Shown here one piece after another: positions 18,040-27,465 of a stretch of DNA of 64,000 nucleotides. The notes beneath the pieces are model-generated. The model saw only the letters and a program-made list of their open reading frames with translations. It did not search any database and was not told the origin of the DNA. Source of the stretch: a virus (Duplodnaviria; Heunggongvirae; Uroviricota; Caudoviricetes); IMG/VR virus record IMGVR_UViG_3300010213_000001, positions 1 through 64,000 of that record. One strand, 5' to 3'. Within the stretch, counting starts at the first letter, position 1; each line of letters starts with the position of its first letter. The position numbers and the translations under genes were made by a program.

Positions 18040-21000
18040 ATGAATAAACTAAAATACAATAAGAGTAAAGACATATATCAGTATGGCGGAGAATTTAAGA
18101 CCAGGGAAGATTATATATCAGCAGTCGGAAAATTTCTAAATAGATATAATGGTTCTAATCTATCTAATAAAACTGAATGGGATGCTGAGATAGAGAAAGA
18201 GTTTGTTGATTTTTTAAAATCTGATAAAGCGGCAAGTTTAGGAATTAAGACAGGTAAAGATTTTCGAGAAAAAGTTTTAAAAGCTCAGGCTCCAAAGACT
18301 AGACTTGAAAAGTATAAGGAAGCAGACAAGAAAAGAGCAAAGTCTGTAACTAGAGATTGGTCAAAACCAATAACTGAAACAATCAAGAATGAAAAAGAGA
18401 CAAAGCCAACAATATCTAAAGATTCTTCTATTATTACAGAAGCTGGTGATATCATAGGAGCTATAAAGGATTCTGCTACAGGATTTTATGATAAGTATGT
18501 TGGAGGTGATGACGACTCTGATGATTCACAAGATACAGGAAAACAGATCTTCGCAGATGTAGAAGTACCAGTAACAAAGAAGGAACTAGATAGCAAGTAT
18601 CAATTATTACATGATACAGTTCTAACATATGATCCTTATGTTAGAAGTGGAGCTAATTTTTATAGAAAAAATACAAATCCAGAATATGTCCCTACTTATA
18701 AGGCTATTGGTACAAGTTACGAGAGAGATCTTAGAGGATATAATGCAGGAGATCAAACTCAAAAAGATAAAAAATTAGGTAGTATAGTTACCTCCTCAGA
18801 CTTACCAGAATTGGAGAAACAAGGATACAAATATACTGGTAAACCTAACTATCCTGAAGTTACAGGATCTGTAATACCTCTACTTGACCATTCTTTGGCA
18901 TCAGGATATAAACATCCTTACTACGATGCTTGGTTTAATAGTTTAAAAGATGATGATATTGTTCAAGTAGCTTCTACGTCTAAAGATGGAAATATTTCTT
19001 TACAATATAAGAACAAGAAAGATGTGCAGAAAGGAGAAACAGCTGTAAAAGGGAGAACTAAAACTTTATCTGAATTAGAAAGTAGTGTAACTAAAGAAGG
19101 AGATAATGAATTCTTCAATTTTCAATCTTCTAAAGGAGTATACTCTAAAACACCTTTTGTTAGTAATGATTTCCCTATACCAGCAGGACCTAGAACACAA
19201 AATTTAAAGTTGCCATTCTCTGAGCTTAGTGGCGCAGGTAGGTTCAAAGGTGCCATGGTAGGTATCTATACTAAAGATGAAAATGGTCAGATAACAGATT
19301 ATGGTCAGATGTCAGGCGGAGTAGCAGATATAATGAAGAGAGCAAGAGAAATAAAGGCTAAAACTGGTCAAGAGCCTAATATAGTTCTATATGACGCTGG
19401 TTCTGTATCAGGTAGTATCGCTTCACCTGATGGTTGGAATGAAGAACATTATAATAAATTGACAGGGTATAACAATAGTGTATTTGCTACACCTACATTA
19501 TTAGCTACTAAGACACCAACTCGTAGAGTCATACTAAAGGATCTACTTAACAATAAGAATGATACGTTATTTTTTAATACTCTAGCGCCAAAGACAGAAA
19601 AAGAACAAGAGTTATTTAGGAAGAAGATAATTAGACAAAGAGGTGGTACTCTTAGTAATTTACCTAGATATAAGTATGGAGGAAAATTAGAAGAAGATTG
19701 GATTAGGGAATATACCATAGATGGTAAGAAAGCTAAATTCTTTGGTAATACTGAAGGTAATAGTTCTGTGAAGTTTAACAGAGTTGCTATGATAGCATCT
19801 AGATATGATGAAATAGTTAAAAAGTTAGATGAGATTATATCTGAAGAAAGTAAGAAAACACAATACAATTCTCAAACAGGAAACACTGAGACAACTCAAA
19901 TATATAACTTAGCTGTTGCTTTTAAGCTAATAGTTCAAACTGGTATAAGGATAGGTAACGAAGATTCAGCTGAAGGATTTATGTCTACATATAAAGAGAA
20001 AGGTAAGGAAGTGCTAGCTAAAACATATGGATTGAGTACATTACTACCAGAACATATAGAATTTAAGAATGGTGTAGCATATCTTGATTTTACTGGTAAA
20101 AAACATGTAGAGAATAAATTTACATTAAGTAAAGAGCTTAGTAAATTAGTAAAGCCAATATATGATAGTAAGTTTCCAACTTTGTTCAATATAGATGAGT
20201 ATACTTTAACTCAATTTATAAAAAGTACTACAAGTCCATATTTTAGCTCTAAAGATTTTAGGACTTTCAGAGCTAATGTTTATGCTAATGAAATTGCTAG
20301 AACTATAGCAAAACCTAAAATAAAGAAAGAATACAGAGATGCTGTAAATAAGGTAGCAGATTATGTTAGTAGTAAATTGAACAATACTCCAGCTGTAGTT
20401 AAGAAGTCTTATATAGATGGTCTACTATTTTGGTATTACTTTGGTAAGAATGAAGACCTACCATCAAAACTAGATGATACTAAAAGTAAGAAATTACAAA
20501 AAGGTGGGAGTGTAGTCATACAATATAAATATGACAAAGGAGGTAGAATAGATATGTTTGATTACTTATTTGATAATACACAAACTAAGTTCCAAGAAGG
20601 CGGAACGACTAGTTTTGTAGATAGTGCTGCTAATGGCTTGAATTATATGCTGTCCTTAGTTGGGTTAGATCTTAAGAATAAAGACGGGAGTACATATGAC
20701 TTCAACCAGAGTACCAGAACTATAGATAGTTTAAGTAGAAAAGTAGACACACATAGGGCTGAAGTAGCTAGAATAGAGGAGGAGCAAAGAAAACTTAGAG
20801 AAGAATATGATAAAAAGTTAAAACAATATAATGACTTTGTAAAGAGCTCAAAATATTACAATCCTTCAGATACACTATCTGCTGGATATAAGAGTGGAGG
20901 TACAATCCCAGAAAGATATAAGAAGTTAGGATTTACCAAAGTAGGACAAGAGAAGGAATCTACTAGAAAAGGCAAAAAGTGGATGGTATTAGCTAAGAAA

Positions 21001-21174
21001 GGAGATAAGTATAAAGTAGTACATGGAGGAGATCCAAATATGGAAGATTATTCACAACACAAAGATCCGAAACGCCGTAAGGAATTTTGGGATAGAATGG
21101 GAGGTAGAAGCTCTGCTAAAGCTAAAGATCCTTTTAGTGCTTTGTACTGGGCAAAAAAGTTAGGAACTTGGTAA
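18040..21174 (+). CDS. Multidomain polyprotein-like protein containing a DNA topoisomerase IB catalytic core (about 19684-20493) and a small basic C-terminal phage domain
   Basis: TopIB catalytic pentad: TGIRIGN (R), FTGKK (K), SKDFRT (R), LNNTP (N), KKSYID (Y), plus TYGLSTL. Seven x-x-x-GG motifs separate the segments. Confidence 0.85.
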   Translation: MNKLKYNKSKDIYQYGGEFKTREDYISAVGKFLNRYNGSNLSNKTEWDAEIEKEFVDFLKSDKAASLGIKTGKDFREKVLKAQAPKTRLEKYKEADKKRAKSVTRDWSKPITETIKNEKETKPTISKDSSIITEAGDIIGAIKDSATGFYDKYVGGDDDSDDSQDTGKQIFADVEVPVTKKELDSKYQLLHDTVLTYDPYVRSGANFYRKNTNPEYVPTYKAIGTSYERDLRGYNAGDQTQKDKKLGSIVTSSDLPELEKQGYKYTGKPNYPEVTGSVIPLLDHSLASGYKHPYYDAWFNSLKDDDIVQVASTSKDGNISLQYKNKKDVQKGETAVKGRTKTLSELESSVTKEGDNEFFNFQSSKGVYSKTPFVSNDFPIPAGPRTQNLKLPFSELSGAGRFKGAMVGIYTKDENGQITDYGQMSGGVADIMKRAREIKAKTGQEPNIVLYDAGSVSGSIASPDGWNEEHYNKLTGYNNSVFATPTLLATKTPTRRVILKDLLNNKNDTLFFNTLAPKTEKEQELFRKKIIRQRGGTLSNLPRYKYGGKLEEDWIREYTIDGKKAKFFGNTEGNSSVKFNRVAMIASRYDEIVKKLDEIISEESKKTQYNSQTGNTETTQIYNLAVAFKLIVQTGIRIGNEDSAEGFMSTYKEKGKEVLAKTYGLSTLLPEHIEFKNGVAYLDFTGKKHVENKFTLSKELSKLVKPIYDSKFPTLFNIDEYTLTQFIKSTTSPYFSSKDFRTFRANVYANEIARTIAKPKIKKEYRDAVNKVADYVSSKLNNTPAVVKKSYIDGLLFWYYFGKNEDLPSKLDDTKSKKLQKGGSVVIQYKYDKGGRIDMFDYLFDNTQTKFQEGGTTSFVDSAANGLNYMLSLVGLDLKNKDGSTYDFNQSTRTIDSLSRKVDTHRAEVARIEEEQRKLREEYDKKLKQYNDFVKSSKYYNPSDTLSAGYKSGGTIPERYKKLGFTKVGQEKESTRKGKKWMVLAKKGDKYKVVHGGDPNMEDYSQHKDPKRRKEFWDRMGGRSSAKAKDPFSALYWAKKLGTW

Positions 21175-21185
21175 AATGTAATATT

Positions 21186-21938
21186 ATGAAGGCAATAATT
21201 GATACTAAATATTTTAATAAAATTGATACAGATAATAAAGCATATATTCTAGGTTTAATAGCATCTGATGGAAGCATAAAAAATAAATATACAGTTAGAA
21301 TATCTTTAAGAGATAAACATATCCTGGAAGATATTAATGCTTTATTATTTCCTAAAAACGTTTATAGAGTAACTCAAAATAAATGTGATAAAATGTTTGT
21401 TCTTAATTTATGCTCAAAGGACATAATCAAAGATTTAAACAACCAAGGAATTTATAAAAACAAAACATATAACTTAAAGTATAATTTTAGTGTACCAGAT
21501 AAAGTATATCCCAGCTTTGTTTTGGGATATTTTGATGGTGATGGCTGTATAAGAAAGAATTTAGAACGTAGCGAGCTTTCAATACTTGGAACTAAAGATG
21601 TAATCACTGGAATAAGAAATGATGTAGATAGATTAGCTGGTGTAGAAGGTAGAATATATACTGATAAAAATCAATTATATAAACTATGCTATGCAGGGAA
21701 AAATAAATCTAAGAAATTTGTAGAGTGGCTATATTCTGGAAAAAGTATATGCTTAAATAGAAAGCGAATTATAGCTAATGAGTTAATAGCTACTAAAACA
21801 CTTAAAGAAAATATTATGTGCTCCATTGAAGAATATAGAGAAAGTAACATGAGTATAAGAGAGTTCTCTGAGGTAAAAGGTATTAAATATAATACTATGA
21901 GATCTAGGTTACGAAGACATAAATGTCTTGGAACTTGA
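21186..21938 (+). mobile_element. Free-standing two-motif LAGLIDADG homing endonuclease gene
   Basis: AYILGLIASDGSI and SFVLGYFDGDGCI motifs with an HTH-like C-terminus; ATG at 21186. Confidence 0.9.
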
Positions 21939-22038
21939 TAGAGTCTTTATCGTTTATTCTTTAAGCATTAAAACAAAAGTATAATAATTTAAGCTAATAG
22001 TTATAGCTTAAATATAATAAATAATATAATAATAAATA

Positions 22039-22227
22039 ATGAAAAATAAAAATAACGAAGCTACAAAAGAGCAAACTATCAAATTAGAATTAACCACTCA
22101 ACAAATTAATAATATTATTATTGCATTATCACAGCAGCCTTATGTAAATGTTGTTGAGACAATTAATAGTATATTCGCACAAGTTAATCCTTTGTCTGGA
22201 GAGAATAGTGTTGAAGCTAAAGCTTAA
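22039..22227 (+). CDS. Small phage tail-associated protein
   Basis: IKLELTTQQINNIIIALSQQPYVNV resembles small proteins commonly found beside phage fibre genes. Confidence 0.7.
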   Translation: MKNKNNEATKEQTIKLELTTQQINNIIIALSQQPYVNVVETINSIFAQVNPLSGENSVEAKA

Positions 22228-22257
22228 TAATAATTTAAAATAAAATTATAGTTTAGG

Positions 22258-22287
22258 AAGAAGGATAGAAGTGTCCTTCTTTTTTTT
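22258..22287 (+). terminator. Rho-independent terminator
   Basis: AAGAAGGATA-GAAG-TGTCCTTCTT followed by a T run. Confidence 0.75.
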
Positions 22288-22324
22288 GTATGTTTATATA
22301 CAAAAAGTATATAAAAATTTTAAT

Positions 22325-24586
22325 ATGTCTATAATTAGTAGTGCTGCGTTACTTCAAGAGAAGATGAACGCACAGAATTTAGTAAATTTACAATTTCAAC
22401 CGCAGACACCTCCTGATAATATTACAGCTGTTGAAGTTAACGCCGTGTTGAGTACTATACTAGCATTAATAGAAAACTCAATACAGAGTGGATATAATAA
22501 GATTGATAAGATAGATATTACTAATGTATATCAAGGCAGTGTAGCTAATACATTAGATATAATATTGAGTGGGTATCAACCATTAATCAATCCAATAAAT
22601 ACCGCCTTTAACAAGAATTTTGGAGGTGGAGGTAACTCTATAGATATTCCTAGGTTTGACGATCCTAGATTTACAGATGAGAGAATACCAGTCAGTAACA
22701 GTGTGAGTACTGTTAAATTACAAGATAACTCAGTTACTGACACCAAATTAGCTGATATGCCAGCTCTTACCATTAAAGGTAATAATACTAATGCCTTAGG
22801 TAATCCATTGAATTTAACAGTTGCTCAAGTAAGAGCATTACTTAATATACAAGATGGAGCTCAGGCTAATTTTACAGGTAAGAATTCAATTACTGTAGAT
22901 AGTAATGAATATCAGCTGGTTAACGATCAATTAGCTCCTGGAAACTTCTATTATTATGGTACGGACTCTACTGGGAATAAAGGATATTTTACATTAGAGT
23001 CAGCTATAAATAATTATGTATCAGTTTTAGATGGTGATGATTGGGGCGATCAAACGGCTGATGTAGAAACTATTGTCACTAATCCAGACACTAGTAATAC
23101 TTTTAGTATTCTATCTGGTAACGGTTTAAATCCTAACCCAATAGCTATTAATGGGGGAGCTCTAAGAGATTTCATTAATGACGTTGTAAGTGTTAGTGTA
23201 GCAGGAGATAACTGGGGAACTCAAGTAGTTGAATTAGTAGCTGGAGGTGGATTAGTTGGTAATGGGACAACGGCTTCTAGATTAGGGCTGAATATCATAT
23301 CTAACTCTTCTTTAACTGGTGTGGGTACTGCAGCTTCAAACTTGGCTGTAGATGAAAACTGGTTGTCTACTTATATAGCCGATTATATAACAAATAATGG
23401 CGCAGATGGATGGGGAGATGATGTAGCATTTACTTCTGGATTAATTACAGGAGATGGTACATCAGTTAATAGAATAAGGCTAAGTAATGGATCTAATATA
23501 CAGAATCAATTAATCTTATGGGATTTTACTTTAAATCAATATAAGCTAGTCGACGCTGCAGGCTTTTCAAATGAATTACTTACAGTAAATACCTTATCTC
23601 CTATTACAGGCACTGGTTCAGTAGGTAACAGAGTTAGATTGGAAGATGGTGCAGCTGCAGGTAATATATTACAATGGGTTGCAGGGTCACCTGGATCATG
23701 GCAACAAATTAATTTTACTACTCTATTAAACAATACTCTTACTTATGGTAATGGAATAAATAAAAGTGTAACTAATGTTGTAAAATTAGGAGGAACGTTA
23801 ACTGAAAATACCAATATAATAACTAACGGTAATAATCTAGATCTAACTTATACTAATTTACCATCAGCATTTGCAGGGGATCCTAGAATATCTAAGTTTG
23901 GATACGTTCTATCTAGTACCCATGATGAAGGTCGTCCACTATTGGGATTATCTTCTGGTAATTATACAGATTTTAATACAAGTGTAGCTGATTATAAATA
24001 TGTATATGGAGGAATAGAGTACACTGACGGTAATGTATTTACTATAGGAGCACTTTCAAAGATTGGAGGTATAATAATTGATGAATCTATATTTAGATTA
24101 GATTCAAGCGAAGTATCATTTTCTATATCTGGAACATCTCAAACATCTTTCAATATATCAGAAGATCTGGGGGCTGTTTACGACTCAACAAACGACTTAG
24201 GTATAAGATATACTGGATTTGGAGAAAGTTCAGTAGATAATGATAGTATAGCTGGTGCTGATTATTCATCCTTACAATTTAATTCTTTAGTACCTAAAAA
24301 GTATGTTGATACTAAGGTTGGAGTATATACAGAAACAATACCTTCATTAGATAGTGGAAGATATGTAATAACTCATAACTTAGATAGTACTGTTCTACAA
24401 GTACAAATAAAAGTATTCTTATATAGAACAACTTATATATTAATACCGGCTAGTGGTATAAATAATTTAGGTAGGGGTGAAACAATTACAACTAGAATAG
24501 ATGATACTAATCCTAATGCTATAACTATTACATGTAATTTTAATACTAAAAGAGTAGCTCAGGTCATAGTACATAAAATAATATAA
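22325..24586 (+). CDS. Tail fibre protein
   Basis: ATG 22325 (the ORF-track start 22271 lies in a terminator). Repeats GD(D/N)WG(D/T)Q / ADGWGDD with L.G.GT..N.L, SVT..KL repeats, LVPKKYVD, ITHNL. Confidence 0.8.
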   Translation: MSIISSAALLQEKMNAQNLVNLQFQPQTPPDNITAVEVNAVLSTILALIENSIQSGYNKIDKIDITNVYQGSVANTLDIILSGYQPLINPINTAFNKNFGGGGNSIDIPRFDDPRFTDERIPVSNSVSTVKLQDNSVTDTKLADMPALTIKGNNTNALGNPLNLTVAQVRALLNIQDGAQANFTGKNSITVDSNEYQLVNDQLAPGNFYYYGTDSTGNKGYFTLESAINNYVSVLDGDDWGDQTADVETIVTNPDTSNTFSILSGNGLNPNPIAINGGALRDFINDVVSVSVAGDNWGTQVVELVAGGGLVGNGTTASRLGLNIISNSSLTGVGTAASNLAVDENWLSTYIADYITNNGADGWGDDVAFTSGLITGDGTSVNRIRLSNGSNIQNQLILWDFTLNQYKLVDAAGFSNELLTVNTLSPITGTGSVGNRVRLEDGAAAGNILQWVAGSPGSWQQINFTTLLNNTLTYGNGINKSVTNVVKLGGTLTENTNIITNGNNLDLTYTNLPSAFAGDPRISKFGYVLSSTHDEGRPLLGLSSGNYTDFNTSVADYKYVYGGIEYTDGNVFTIGALSKIGGIIIDESIFRLDSSEVSFSISGTSQTSFNISEDLGAVYDSTNDLGIRYTGFGESSVDNDSIAGADYSSLQFNSLVPKKYVDTKVGVYTETIPSLDSGRYVITHNLDSTVLQVQIKVFLYRTTYILIPASGINNLGRGETITTRIDDTNPNAITITCNFNTKRVAQVIVHKII

Positions 24587-24590
24587 TAAT

Positions 24591-25988
24591 ATGGGATTAA
24601 TACGAGATAGTGCATTACTACAAATGCCGTATAATAATGATGGGTTGGTAACAGCCTCAAATGCTAGAACAGTCTTTGGTGTAGTAGAAGACTGCTTAAC
24701 AGACGCGACAACAGACTTAACAACTTTAATAAATAATATTGTTACTGGAGCCAATGCAGATGGTACATTGTATGATGTACAACTAAAAGGTATTGGTAAT
24801 ACAATAGTATCAAGTCCTAAATTAAAGTTTGATTTAGATACTTCTAATCTTAATCTATTAAACGCTGGAGCTAACTTTACATTATCTAATGATGATTCTA
24901 ATGACTTCAAGGTATTAATAAGTGGATTAGGAGATTTACTTAGTATAAATGGAGACAATACTGTAACAGTAGGTAATCTTGGCACTAATATAACTTTTAG
25001 AAGAGGTTCAGCAGTATTAGATGAAAGTGTAACTTTATCTACTGATAGCTTAAGTATACAAAATTCAAACGTAACTATTAAATCTGCTTCAGATATAACG
25101 GGAAATGCTTTAGAAGTAAAGAACGGTAACAATGCAAATTTAAAGACTTATCTTAATAATGGAAGAACTACTAGACAAGTTAGTATACCTTTCCAACAAG
25201 ATACTACAAATGTACAGAATGTTAATACAGAGAATGTAACTATAATAGGTACAGCAGGAGGAGCAGGAACATTACAAGTTATAGGTACTAGTAAAACATT
25301 TAATATTGCTCCTTTAGCAGCAGTTAGTCAATATTATGAAGGAGAGAGAGTTACATTAAGTAGCTCTGCTGCGTTTACTCCATTAAGTCCTATAACAGGT
25401 AACCAAGTAGTTTTTAGTGGTTCTAATATAACTAGTGCTATAGGATATAGAAGTAATGGTATTCTATTAACTGGTGCAACTCAAAATGATAATCCTACAG
25501 TAACTAATGGTTGGGCATATTTATCATCTAATACAAAGATAGGTATAGAAGCTAACTCGTATCCTCAATTAGGAGGTATAAGTGAGTTATTAAGGTTACA
25601 TAGGTACTATCAAACAGGTACTGTCCCTGCAGGATTTGCTATGGCTGTAGGAGAGGGCTCTCAAATTACTTTTAAAGGGTACTTTGCTCTTACTGCATCT
25701 GGTATTTCAAATAGAATATATAGCGACAGCATTCAACATAGAATAGCAATTTTAGCAGATTCAGATTCTCCATTGACTACAGAATATGCTTTTAGAACAA
25801 CAGCAGCTGATGTTAATGTGGAACCTTTAAAGATAACAGGAAGAAATATAACTATAGGAATTCTTAATTCTATAATTAAACTTGTGGGACTACCAGTATA
25901 TGCTGATAATGCTTCTGCTACTGGAGGAGGATTAACTGTGGATACAGTATATAAAACAGCTACAGGAGAGCTGAGAATAGTAGTATAA
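24591..25988 (+). CDS. Tail fibre/spike protein
   Basis: Thr/Asn/Gly-rich; C-terminal GLPVYADNASA..GGL....VYKT.TGELRIV module seen in Bacteroidota and their phages. Confidence 0.7.
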   Translation: MGLIRDSALLQMPYNNDGLVTASNARTVFGVVEDCLTDATTDLTTLINNIVTGANADGTLYDVQLKGIGNTIVSSPKLKFDLDTSNLNLLNAGANFTLSNDDSNDFKVLISGLGDLLSINGDNTVTVGNLGTNITFRRGSAVLDESVTLSTDSLSIQNSNVTIKSASDITGNALEVKNGNNANLKTYLNNGRTTRQVSIPFQQDTTNVQNVNTENVTIIGTAGGAGTLQVIGTSKTFNIAPLAAVSQYYEGERVTLSSSAAFTPLSPITGNQVVFSGSNITSAIGYRSNGILLTGATQNDNPTVTNGWAYLSSNTKIGIEANSYPQLGGISELLRLHRYYQTGTVPAGFAMAVGEGSQITFKGYFALTASGISNRIYSDSIQHRIAILADSDSPLTTEYAFRTTAADVNVEPLKITGRNITIGILNSIIKLVGLPVYADNASATGGGLTVDTVYKTATGELRIVV

Positions 25989-26014
25989 CTTAAACAATAA
26001 TCAATATAAAACTA

Positions 26015-26488
26015 ATGACACAACAAGAATTAATTACAAATCTAGTGGGGAATAGTAATCTAGATTTGGAGGTAGTAATAAAAGATACTGCCGAATGCAA
26101 AGTTATAGCTAAGTTTATAGCTTTGTCTTTTGAACGTAACAGTTATGTTACTATGAAGCTTGAGGTAACTACTATAAACAAAGATGTTAGTCTTAATACA
26201 CAAGGTACAGTTACAGATATGGATCCTATAGTTATCACCAAGATGATTAGAGCAGATGAGAATAGTCAGATACCTGTAGTAGACGAGAATGGGGATCCTT
26301 TTTTAGATGATGAAGGAGTACAACTAACTATACCAGAGAATATATTCTGGAAGTATCTAGCTTGGGAACAACCTTTGTATGCAGGATTTAAAACATTGTT
26401 AGAGAATGTAATAAAAGTAAAGTTTAATATGGTTCCTAATAATCTAGTACTACAGGTAAATAGCCAATCTATTAATAACCCGAACTAA
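26015..26488 (+). CDS. Hypothetical protein
   Basis: 157-aa ORF after the fibre genes. Confidence 0.7.
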   Translation: MTQQELITNLVGNSNLDLEVVIKDTAECKVIAKFIALSFERNSYVTMKLEVTTINKDVSLNTQGTVTDMDPIVITKMIRADENSQIPVVDENGDPFLDDEGVQLTIPENIFWKYLAWEQPLYAGFKTLLENVIKVKFNMVPNNLVLQVNSQSINNPN

Positions 26489-26513
26489 ATATTCAAAAAT
26501 AAACAATAATACA

Positions 26514-27464
26514 ATGAAATCATTCAACATGAGCGGAGCTGCTACCAAAATCTCAGGTATGTATGGGGCGATGACAGTAGCTTTACTAGAATATAATTAT
26601 AATCCAGATGTGATATCAGGTATAAGTTCTGGTACCATATTATCTATGATATCAGCTTTATTAAAAGAACATCCCGAATTGCAAGAGTTAGTTTATGAAA
26701 AAGTTACTAACTTTAAGACTAAAGAATTTATGTCTAAGCCGCCTTTTAATGATAAAGGTAAGATAACAGTGAACGCAGGGCTAAGAGTAATTACTGGAAA
26801 GCCCTCTTTAGGAAAGCAGGATAATCTAGTTGCAACTTTAGGAGGGATTATAACTAGACCTCTATACAATGAATATATTCGTGGTATAGACAAATACCCA
26901 GATGTTGTAATAGGGACAGTAGATTATACAGACGGCAAGAGAAAGTATTTTGACGTGAGAAAAGATAAGCTTTCTTATGAAGAATATTTGAAGTACAGCA
27001 ATGCATCTGCATCTATTCCTATAGCTGTAGAGCCAGTAGATTACCACGGTAGACCTCTATTTGATGGTGGAGTTAGAGATCATATAGGTGCGCCATTTAT
27101 GCTTAAAGAAAGCTGTTATGCTGACAAGATAACAAGTACACTTAATATATTTTCTAGACCTGAAGATTATCAATTGGCTGATACAAATTGGTCAATAGAG
27201 GGCAAGAGTGTATTTGATGTTGCTTTCAGGACATTTGATATAATGAATATAGAGATATCCAAGAACGATGAGATACAGATTATAGCTGAATCATTATCTA
27301 GAGGATTAGATAGTAAAATTATATATCTTACTAATTACATGGAATCTCTATACGATACAGATAAATCTAGATTGATTCTATCATACAATGAAGGGATTAG
27401 AGAAGCTAGAGAACAACTAGGTCTAATAAGTACAGAGGAAACAAAAGAAATAAACAAAGTATAA
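26514..27464 (+). CDS. Patatin-like phospholipase
   Basis: Oxyanion loop SGAATK, nucleophile GISSG (GxSxG), ASASIP and catalytic DGG. Confidence 0.9.
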   Translation: MKSFNMSGAATKISGMYGAMTVALLEYNYNPDVISGISSGTILSMISALLKEHPELQELVYEKVTNFKTKEFMSKPPFNDKGKITVNAGLRVITGKPSLGKQDNLVATLGGIITRPLYNEYIRGIDKYPDVVIGTVDYTDGKRKYFDVRKDKLSYEEYLKYSNASASIPIAVEPVDYHGRPLFDGGVRDHIGAPFMLKESCYADKITSTLNIFSRPEDYQLADTNWSIEGKSVFDVAFRTFDIMNIEISKNDEIQIIAESLSRGLDSKIIYLTNYMESLYDTDKSRLILSYNEGIREAREQLGLISTEETKEINKV

Positions 27465-27465
27465 A

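Noticed and set aside
19200-19500. Phosphodiester glycosidase (NAGPA)-like motif NIVLYDAGSVSGS in the polyprotein N-terminal region
   Set aside because: Only a loose resemblance to LDGGGS; it cannot be supported without a profile search.
21168-22038. Group I intron housing the LAGLIDADG gene
   Set aside because: The upstream gene ends intact, there is almost no non-coding space for a ribozyme core, and I recognised no P7-like elements.
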